Part shown: positions 57,313 through 64,000 of the stretch, piece by piece
Layout of the letters: every line of letters starts with the position of its first letter
How positions within the stretch are numbered: position 1 is the first letter of the stretch
Position numbers and translations under genes: made by a program
Notes under the pieces: model-generated
Databases searched by the model: none
What the model was told of the DNA's origin: nothing
The model's input: the letters and a program-made list of their open reading frames with translations, nothing else
From: Acidobacteriota bacterium
Lineage (GTDB): Bacteria > Acidobacteriota > Aminicenantia > UBA2199
NCBI GenBank assembly: GCA_025456205.1
Contig: JALOLA010000001.1
Span: forward strand, 65,459-129,458
Direction: 5' to 3'
DNA length: 64,000 bases

Positions 57313-57789
57313 ATGACCAAAAAAGGGATTTTACTGCTCAGCTGCCTGTTGCTGATGACCGCCTTCGCTTTCCCCCAGGATGAATTCCTCAAGATCGAGT
57401 GCTCGGTGTCCCCGCGCCAGATCCTGCAGGGTAACGAAGGGCTGCTGAAGATCAAGATCATCGTGCGCGGAGGCGTCAAGATATCGGCGAATCCAGAGTT
57501 CCTCATCCGCCTGGACGAGAACGAGAGCCTGTCCTTCGCCAAGATTTTCTTCGCCGGGTCGGAGCTGAACATACCCACCACCCAGGAGAATTCCGGCGTC
57601 TTCCTTGACCCGCAGGAAGAGATCGAAGTGCCTTTCAAGCTGGACGAAGGGGCGCTGCTCGGGAACCTCACCGTCAGCGGCGACGTCGTTTTCACCATGC
57701 TGTTCCCCGACAACTGGTCGGTGAAGACCACGCAGAAATTCTCGGCCGGGTTCGTCTCGCGCCGGAATTACAAGCTCAGAAAAAAATGA
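57313..57789 (+). CDS. Hypothetical secreted protein
   Basis: Signal peptide MTKKGILLLSCLLLMTAFAFPQ. Beta-rich, no known motif. Confidence 0.65.
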   Translation: MTKKGILLLSCLLLMTAFAFPQDEFLKIECSVSPRQILQGNEGLLKIKIIVRGGVKISANPEFLIRLDENESLSFAKIFFAGSELNIPTTQENSGVFLDPQEEIEVPFKLDEGALLGNLTVSGDVVFTMLFPDNWSVKTTQKFSAGFVSRRNYKLRKK

Positions 57790-57796
57790 AGCCGTT

Positions 57797-58768
57797 TCAC
57801 AGCAAGCCCCGCTCGCGGTACCATGAGATCGTTTCCGCCAGGGCGTCCGCCAGCGGCACGCGGGGCTGAAAATGAAGCTGCGCCTCGATCTTGGCGGCCG
57901 AGCACACCCAGGCGGGATGCCGCATCTCGTTGAACTTGTCGCGGTTGAAGATCGCCTTGTTGCCGAAGGCGCGGATGCGCATCTCGGAGAATTCGGCCAG
58001 CAGGCGCCCGAAAATCTCGGGAACATATATCCGCCGGGATTTTTTCACGCCCAGCAGCCGGGAGATCTGTTCCATGAACGGCTGCCAGGAGACGGCTTCC
58101 GGGTTGGCGACATAGAAGGTCTCATTGCGGCAGGGGCTGAAGGCGGCAGTGATCATGCCGCGCGCTAGGTCCTTGACATATATCAGCGAGTACCGGCGCC
58201 TGGCCCGGCCCAGGACGGGGATGATCCCCCGCTGGACGATGCGAAAGACGTCGAGCATGTCCATGTCGCCCGGGCCGAAGACGATCGGCGCGCGGATGAT
58301 GACGTATGGCGCCGGACAGTGCGCCGCGATGATCTCTTCCTGGCCCCGCTTGCTTTTCCCGTACTGCGAGATCGGCAGGGCCGGGGCTTCCTCGCCCAGC
58401 GCGGCGTCGCCGCGATTGGGGCCGGCCGCGGCCAGCGATGACAGCAGGACCAGTTTTTTCAGGTGCTTCAGGGGCTTCAGCTTCTCCACCAGCGCCCGGG
58501 TGCCGTCCAGGTTGACGCGCGTGAATTCCCCGGGAGATACGGCCTTGGTCACGGCCGCCAGGTGGAATACCAGCTCGATGTCCTCCGGGAAGGGCGCCGG
58601 CGAGAGCAGGTCTCCCGGCAGGGCGGTGATGTCGCCCTTGAAGGCGCAGGCGTCCAGCCGGGAGCTGTCGCGAACGAGGACGCACACCTCGTGCCCGCCG
58701 GCGGCCAGCAGTTCGCCGATCAGGTGGGCGCCGACGAAGCCCGTCCCCCCGGTCACCAGTATTTTCAT
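57797..58768 (-). CDS. NAD-dependent epimerase/dehydratase-family extended SDR (candidate ketosphinganine/ceramide reductase-like)
   Basis: VTGGTGFVGAHL Rossmann motif and catalytic YGKSK (YxxxK). Confidence 0.88.
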   Translation of the reverse strand: MKILVTGGTGFVGAHLIGELLAAGGHEVCVLVRDSSRLDACAFKGDITALPGDLLSPAPFPEDIELVFHLAAVTKAVSPGEFTRVNLDGTRALVEKLKPLKHLKKLVLLSSLAAAGPNRGDAALGEEAPALPISQYGKSKRGQEEIIAAHCPAPYVIIRAPIVFGPGDMDMLDVFRIVQRGIIPVLGRARRRYSLIYVKDLARGMITAAFSPCRNETFYVANPEAVSWQPFMEQISRLLGVKKSRRIYVPEIFGRLLAEFSEMRIRAFGNKAIFNRDKFNEMRHPAWVCSAAKIEAQLHFQPRVPLADALAETISWYRERGLL

Positions 58769-58774
58769 GGAGCC

Positions 58775-58803
58775 ATTCTATAAAATCCATTGGCGTTATG
58801 CAA
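58775..58803 (-). promoter_or_regulatory. Promoter of the SDR gene (leaderless geometry)
   Basis: Minus strand reads TTGCAT-17-TAGAAT, then 6 nt, then ATG 58768. Confidence 0.6.
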
Positions 58804-58818
58804 ACGAGGAGTGAAACT

Positions 58819-60000
58819 ATGGATGTTTTTAAAAAGTGTTTTGAATTCACCCGGGCGGAGGAGTACAAGAATTCCGGCCTCTACCCCTATTTCACCGAGA
58901 TCGAGAAGGTGGAGGGCAACCACGTCTGGGTCGGCGGCAAGAAGATCCTCATGGTCGGTTCCAACAACTACCTGGGTCTTTTCGATGACCCGAAGATCAA
59001 GGCCGCGGCCATAGCCGCGGTTGAAAAATACGGCACGTCCACCTGCGGCTCGCGCTTCCTGAACGGCACTTATTCGCTGCACGTCGAGCTGGAAAAGAAG
59101 CTGGCCGGCTTCATGGGCAAGGAGGAGGCCCTGACCTTCTCCACGGGCATGCAGGCCAACCTGGGCGCCATCTCCGCCCTGGCCGGTCGCGATGACGTCA
59201 TCGTGCTGGACCGCATGGTCCACGCCTCGATCATGGACGCCGTGCGCCTCTCCTACGCCCACATCGCCAAGTTCAAGCACAACGACATGAAGGACCTTGA
59301 GGACAAGCTGGCCCACCAGCCCGCCGAGAAGGGCAAGCTGATCATCGTCGACGGTGTTTTCAGCATGGAGGGCGACCTGTCCAACCTGCCGCAGATCGTC
59401 AAGCTGGCCAAGAAGTACCACGCACGGCTGATGGTCGACGACGCCCACGGGGTCGGGGTCATGGGGGAAAAGGGACGCGGGACGGCCGAACACTTCGGAC
59501 TGATCGACGAGGTCGACCTGATCATGACCACCTTCTCCAAGTCGTTCGCTTCCCTGGGCGGCTTCGTGGTCGGCGACAGCAAGATCATCCAGTACATCAA
59601 GCACCATGCCCGGGCGCTGATCTTCTCCGCCTCCATCACGCCCGCCGCCCTGGGCGCCGCCGGCCAGGCGCTGGAGATCATCCAGAACGAGCCCAAGCGC
59701 CGCCAGCGCCTGTGGGAGATCACCCGCATCATGAACAAGGAGCTGACGGCCATGGGCTACCATACCGGCAACACCGAGACGCCCATCATCCCCGTGTTCA
59801 TCAACGACATGGAGAAGACCTTCATGATGTGGAAATTCCTGCGCGATTACGGCGTGTTCACCAACCCGGTGATCGCACCCGCCGTGCCGCCGGAGGACTC
59901 GCTGATCCGCACCTCGTTCACGGCGACGCACAGCGACAGCGACCTGGAATTCATCCTGGAGGGCTTCAAGAAGGGCGGGAAGCTCCTGGGGCTGATCTGA
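58819..60000 (+). CDS. Alpha-oxoamine synthase, serine palmitoyltransferase-like (BioF/Kbl/SPT family)
   Basis: GSNNYLGL, GSRFLNGT, DDAHGVG, PLP lysine in TFSKSFASLGGFV. Overall pattern recalls bacterial SPT. AGGAG 7 nt before ATG 58819; track start 58798 lies in the SDR -35. Confidence 0.85.
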   Translation: MDVFKKCFEFTRAEEYKNSGLYPYFTEIEKVEGNHVWVGGKKILMVGSNNYLGLFDDPKIKAAAIAAVEKYGTSTCGSRFLNGTYSLHVELEKKLAGFMGKEEALTFSTGMQANLGAISALAGRDDVIVLDRMVHASIMDAVRLSYAHIAKFKHNDMKDLEDKLAHQPAEKGKLIIVDGVFSMEGDLSNLPQIVKLAKKYHARLMVDDAHGVGVMGEKGRGTAEHFGLIDEVDLIMTTFSKSFASLGGFVVGDSKIIQYIKHHARALIFSASITPAALGAAGQALEIIQNEPKRRQRLWEITRIMNKELTAMGYHTGNTETPIIPVFINDMEKTFMMWKFLRDYGVFTNPVIAPAVPPEDSLIRTSFTATHSDSDLEFILEGFKKGGKLLGLI

Positions 60001-60032
60001 GGCCCCGCGGCTGACCGCGGACGCGGCCTATC

Positions 60033-60962
60033 GTGGACATCAGCGCCGTTGTCGTCAGCTATAATTCCGGAAAGTACCTCGAGCGCAATTTTCTTTCGCT
60101 CTTCCGCCAGTCGGTCCCGTTCCGCCGGGTGGTCGTCGTTGACAACGCTTCGCAGGACGGCTCGCAAGACGCCATGGCCGCGTTCCCCGGCCTGGACGCG
60201 GTCCTGCTGCAGGAGAACACCGGCTATGCCGCCGCCGCCAACCTGGGCATCGACCGCACCGATTCCGGCCTGGTGCTGGTGGCCAACGCCGACATCTTTC
60301 TCGACGAGGAGTTCAACCGCCGCGTCCTGGAGTTCTTCGCCCGGCGCCCCCAGGCCGGCCTGCTCTCCCCGCTCATCCTGCGCTTCGACCGCGCCACCAT
60401 CGATTCCGCCGGCCAGGAGCGCTCGCTGGCGCTGTACCCGCGCGAGGCCGGCTACGGGCGCCCCCTGGCGGGGACAGCGCTCGTGGAGAGGGAAGTGTTC
60501 TCCGTGTGCGGCGCTGCGACCGTCTTTTCGCGCCCGGCCCTGGAACGGCTGAAGATCGCCGGCGAGTATTATGACAAGGATTTCTTCATGTTCTGGGAGG
60601 ATTTCGATATCGGCTGGCGCGCCCGCCTGCTGGGGCTGAAGTCCTATTTCACACCCACGGCGATCGCCTACCATTTCCGCAGCGCCACCCTGCCCAGGTC
60701 GCGCTGGTCGCGCTTTTCCCTGGCCCTGGCGCGGCCCGCCCCCCTGCGCGCCCACCTGGTGAAGAACCGCTACCTGACCCTGATCAAGAACTTCCGCTGG
60801 CGCCGCGATTGGGCCCGGGTCCCCTTCGCGCTGCTGAAGGACCTGCTGTGGGCGGGCGCATTGACAATCCGTTCACCCAAAATTATAATCGCCCTGGCCC
60901 GTTCCCGGCGGGTTTTCAAGAACGCCTGGGAAAAAAGGAAGTGGATACGGAACCATGAATGA
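60033..60962 (+). CDS. Family 2 glycosyltransferase
   Basis: GTG start; VVVSYNS...VVVVDNASQDGS and a DxD region. Confidence 0.88.
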   Translation: MDISAVVVSYNSGKYLERNFLSLFRQSVPFRRVVVVDNASQDGSQDAMAAFPGLDAVLLQENTGYAAAANLGIDRTDSGLVLVANADIFLDEEFNRRVLEFFARRPQAGLLSPLILRFDRATIDSAGQERSLALYPREAGYGRPLAGTALVEREVFSVCGAATVFSRPALERLKIAGEYYDKDFFMFWEDFDIGWRARLLGLKSYFTPTAIAYHFRSATLPRSRWSRFSLALARPAPLRAHLVKNRYLTLIKNFRWRRDWARVPFALLKDLLWAGALTIRSPKIIIALARSRRVFKNAWEKRKWIRNHE

Positions 60963-61956
60963 GATCATCCTGGTTTTTTCCTTCGTCCTTTCCTTCCTGC
61001 TGACACTCTACGGCACGCCCCTGGCGCAAAGGATCGCCCTGCGCTACGGGATCCTGGACCAGCCCGACGGCAGGCTAAAGCGCCAGGAGCAGCCCGTGCC
61101 CTATATGGGCGGCGTGATCATTTACTTCGCCTTCATCTCCCCGATCAGCCTGATGTTCGCCTTCAACCAGCACCTGCTGGGCATCCTGTTCGCCAGCTCC
61201 ATCCTGCTGCTGGTGGGGCTCTTCGACGACCTGAAGGCGCTTACCCCGGGGATCAAGTTCCTTTTCCAGATCGTGGCCACCTACATCCTGCTCAAGAGCG
61301 GCATCGTCATCGACCTGGTGCTCTTTCCCAAGTGGCTGGACATCGTGCTTTCCTTCTTCTGGATCCTGACCGCGATCAACGCCTTCAACATCATCGACAT
61401 CATGGACGGCCTGGCCGCATCGGTCGGCGCCCTGAGCGCCCTGACCATCTTCGTTGTCTCGCTGTACAGCCACGATTTCCTGATCTCCATCCTGGCCCTG
61501 AGCCTGGCCGCCGCCCTGCTGGCCTTTCTCAAGTTCAACTGGGAGCCGGCCCGCATCTACCTGGGCGACGCCGGCAGCATGGTCCTGGGGCTGATCCTGG
61601 GCTCGCTGGCCATGATGGTGAGCTACACCCGCTTCAACCGCCTGGCCTTCCTCTCCGGCATCCTCGTGCTCGGCATCCCGCTTTTCGACCTGGCCTACGT
61701 GGTCATCCTGCGCATCCTGAAGGGCAAGATGCCGTTCATGGGCAGCCCGGACCATTTCGCCCTGCGCCTGCGCCGGCGCATGGGCTGGACGGCGCAGAAG
61801 ACGGTCAGCGCCATCCTGTTCCTGCAGCTGGGCCTGTGCGGGCTGGTGGTCGCCAATTTTTTCCTGACCCCGAGCTTCACCCTGGTCAGCGGCGGCCTGG
61901 TCGCCTGCCTGTTCATCGCCCTGGGCGGGGTCCTGGCCGGCGTCCGGATGGAATGA
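60955..61956 (+). CDS. Polyprenyl-phosphate sugar-1-phosphate transferase (MraY/WecA family)
   Basis: Multi-TM; NAFNIIDIMDGLA and LGDAGSM motifs. Confidence 0.88.
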   Translation: MNEIILVFSFVLSFLLTLYGTPLAQRIALRYGILDQPDGRLKRQEQPVPYMGGVIIYFAFISPISLMFAFNQHLLGILFASSILLLVGLFDDLKALTPGIKFLFQIVATYILLKSGIVIDLVLFPKWLDIVLSFFWILTAINAFNIIDIMDGLAASVGALSALTIFVVSLYSHDFLISILALSLAAALLAFLKFNWEPARIYLGDAGSMVLGLILGSLAMMVSYTRFNRLAFLSGILVLGIPLFDLAYVVILRILKGKMPFMGSPDHFALRLRRRMGWTAQKTVSAILFLQLGLCGLVVANFFLTPSFTLVSGGLVACLFIALGGVLAGVRME

Positions 61957-63182
61957 ACGTCGTCATCGGCGCCGGCATCTCGGGACTGAGCGCCGGCCAG
62001 CTCCTCGGCGACGATGTCGTGATCCTGGAAAAGAACGCCGTCGCCGGCGGCCTGGCGGGCCAGTACCGGGCCGGCGGCTTCGCTTTCGATTACGGCGGCC
62101 ATTATTTTCATTTCCAGGGCAAGCCGGGGATCAAGGAGCACGTGGAGGGTTTCCATTCCTTCCGCATGTACCGCCGCGACAGCAAGATCCTCCTGGGCAA
62201 GCGCTTCATCCCCTATTCATTGCAATACCACCTGGCCTATCTGCCGGCGCGGCTGCGCCGGCCCATTCTGGAGGAGATCATGGTCGCGGGTGGCGAGGGG
62301 GGAGATGACCTGGAGTCCTTTCTGCAGGCCCATTTCGGCGAGAAGCTGTTCCAACTGTTCTTCGCGCCATTCATGGGGAAATTCTACGGCCGTCCGCTTT
62401 CGACCCTGCTGGCCGGCATGGACAAGGGCAGCATCCCCGTCCCCAGGAAGGAGGAGGTGCTGGCCGGGGCTCGGGGCCGGCAGCGCGGCGGCGAGGGCTA
62501 CAACCCGGTCTTCTACTATCCCGAAGGCTCGCTGCAGGGGTTCATCGACGACTACGGCCGCCCCCTGGCGGGCAGGATGCGCTGCAACGAGGAGGTGGTG
62601 CGCATCGAGACGCAACAACGGCGCGTGCACACCCGCGCCGGCAGCTACCGCTACGCGAACCTGGTCAGCACCATGCCGCTGCGCGCGCTGCTGGGAATGA
62701 TCGATCCGCCTCCGCCTTTCCCGCGCCGGCAACTGCAGCACCTGTCCACGCTGGTGGTCAACGTGGTGCTGTCGCGGCGTCGCCGCCGCTTTCACTGGCT
62801 TTATCTGCCCGAAAAGCGCTTCCCGTTCTATCGCGCCGGCTATTATCCCGGCTCGGGAGCCGTGGCGGTTTACCTGGAAAAAACGGTCGCCGCGCCCTCG
62901 CTGCCGGATGCGCGGGAGCTGTTCCGCGAAACGGTCTTCACCCTGAGACAAACGGGCATGATAGCGGATGCCCGCGAAATACTGCTCCATGATCCCAAAG
63001 TGATCCCCGTCTCCTACGTGGTCTTCGACCGCAACTGGCCGCGGCTGGTGCCGGGGATCCTGGCGCACTTGCGCCGGCAGCGCATCTTTTCCATCGGCCG
63101 CTACGGCAGCTGGAACTACAGTTCCATGGCCGACGACATCCTCATGGCCCGGGAGACGGCCATGGCCCTGGCGCAATCGTGA
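61953..63182 (+). CDS. FAD/NAD(P)-binding oxidoreductase (amine oxidase / UDP-galactopyranose mutase-like)
   Basis: MNVVIGAGISGLSAG dinucleotide motif. ATGA overlap with the upstream gene. The track ORF from 61332 is an out-of-frame extension over that gene. Confidence 0.75.
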   Translation: MNVVIGAGISGLSAGQLLGDDVVILEKNAVAGGLAGQYRAGGFAFDYGGHYFHFQGKPGIKEHVEGFHSFRMYRRDSKILLGKRFIPYSLQYHLAYLPARLRRPILEEIMVAGGEGGDDLESFLQAHFGEKLFQLFFAPFMGKFYGRPLSTLLAGMDKGSIPVPRKEEVLAGARGRQRGGEGYNPVFYYPEGSLQGFIDDYGRPLAGRMRCNEEVVRIETQQRRVHTRAGSYRYANLVSTMPLRALLGMIDPPPPFPRRQLQHLSTLVVNVVLSRRRRRFHWLYLPEKRFPFYRAGYYPGSGAVAVYLEKTVAAPSLPDARELFRETVFTLRQTGMIADAREILLHDPKVIPVSYVVFDRNWPRLVPGILAHLRRQRIFSIGRYGSWNYSSMADDILMARETAMALAQS

Positions 63183-64000
63183 GCCGCGCGCGCATCGTCG
63201 TCATCCACCTGGTCACCCGGCTGGAGTTCGGCGGCGCCCAGCTCAATACCGTTTACACGGCCGAGCACCTGGACGCGGAGCGCTTCGACGCCTACCTTCT
63301 CTGCGGGCCGGGCGGCATGCTGAAGAGTCGCCTCGCCGCGACCGGTCGCCAGATCGAGGTCCCGGCCCTGGGGCGGGAGATCCGTCCCCACCGGGACCTG
63401 CGGGCGCTGTTCCAGCTCGTGCGCCTGTTCAGGCGCATCCAACCGCAGGTCGTCCACACCCATTCGTCAAAAGCCGGCATCCTGGGCCGCCTGGCCGCCG
63501 CCCTGGCCGGGGTGCCCGCGGTCGTGCACTCGGTGCATGGCTTTTCCTTCTCCCCCGCGCAGCCTTTCCTGACCCGTAATTTTTACCGGCTCGCCGAGAA
63601 AGCCTGCCGCCGATTTACGGGCCATTTCATATTCGTCGCCCGCGGCGATATAGGGCTGGCGCGCGAACTGAAGCTGATCAAGGCCATAGGCGGCGCCGTG
63701 GCCGGGAGCGATCACAGCCTCATCCGCAGCGGCTTCCCCCTGGAAAAATTCCTCGCCCGCGGCGACGCGGCGGCCATGCGGGCGCGCTACGGCCTGCCGC
63801 TGGATGGCTTCGTCTGCGGCACGATCGCGCCGTTCAAGCCGCAAAAGGGGCTGCTGCACCTGGTGGACATCGCCGCCAGGGTCATTGCCGGGAACCCGTC
63901 GGCGTTCTTTTTCATCGCCGGGGACGGCGCGGGCCGGCCGCAGCTGGAGGCCGAGCTGCAACGGCGCGGCATCGCGGCCCACTTCCGCCTGCCCGGGTTC
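63179..64000 (+). CDS. Family 4 (GT-B) glycosyltransferase, 3'-truncated by the window end
   Basis: My translation from GTG 63179: VSRARIVVIHLVTRLEFGGAQ...VHTHSSKAGILGR...FFFIAGDGAGRPQLE. Not in the track because it is open-ended. Confidence 0.8.
   Translation, partial: MSRARIVVIHLVTRLEFGGAQLNTVYTAEHLDAERFDAYLLCGPGGMLKSRLAATGRQIEVPALGREIRPHRDLRALFQLVRLFRRIQPQVVHTHSSKAGILGRLAAALAGVPAVVHSVHGFSFSPAQPFLTRNFYRLAEKACRRFTGHFIFVARGDIGLARELKLIKAIGGAVAGSDHSLIRSGFPLEKFLARGDAAAMRARYGLPLDGFVCGTIAPFKPQKGLLHLVDIAARVIAGNPSAFFFIAGDGAGRPQLEAELQRRGIAAHFRLPGF

Noticed and set aside
58798-58818. ATG 58798 as the start of the SPT-like gene.
   Set aside because: This ATG is part of the TTGCAT -35 hexamer of the divergent SDR promoter and has no SD. 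ATG 58819 has AGGAG 7 nt upstream.
61332-61952. The N-terminal 207 codons of track ORF 61332..63182 (616 aa).
   Set aside because: This part is an alternative frame of the WecA/MraY-family gene and is Arg/Pro/Gly-rich. The Rossmann motif MNVVIGAGISG begins at ATG 61953 with an ATGA overlap. Similar spurious N-terminal extensions were trimmed for rsmG, bactofilin, kdsB, MBL, nitroreductase, the ABC ATPase, trx, trxB, scpB, NfeD, NCS2 and the P-loop gene.

Overview
Origin-proximal core chromosome of a GC3-rich, diderm bacterium, probably uncultivated; I cannot assign a lineage. Diderm markers are kdsB, lnt, a TonB-dependent receptor and OM beta-barrels. I call about 68 densely packed CDS, many with 1-8 nt overlaps. 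I see no rRNA, tRNA, CRISPR, transposase, integrase or recognisable defence system. Landmarks are recF-dnaN-dnaA (minus) with DnaA boxes, then a tight rsmG-parA-parB-bactofilin-kdsB-pyrG operon flanked by two parS sites. Further on are a cobalamin riboswitch driving a btuB/btuF/ABC operon, an ECF sigma/anti-sigma/toastrack module, and glgA-trx-trxB. The rest includes a TatT-type TRAP transporter, an nfeD-SPFH-SPOR-lnt operon, an M50-trpS-scpAB-hisC-lpd operon and a double-length ThyX. The right end holds a serine-palmitoyltransferase-like gene with an SDR reductase and glycosyltransferases. The strongest observations are four. (1) Canonical TTGACA-17-TAnnnT promoters sit 6-8 nt from the ATG at nine or more genes, which suggests leaderless mRNAs. 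(2) An uncharacterised OM-barrel plus PKD-repeat gene pair. (3) The SPT/CerR-like candidate sphingolipid locus. (4) Several odd gene forms: a tandem ThyX, a stand-alone PolX N-terminal module behind a leaderless uORF, a CMPC thioredoxin coupled to glgA, and an lnt with no canonical start. The many long reverse-strand ORFs in the track are GC3 artefacts. No clear-cut new system can be demonstrated from sequence alone.
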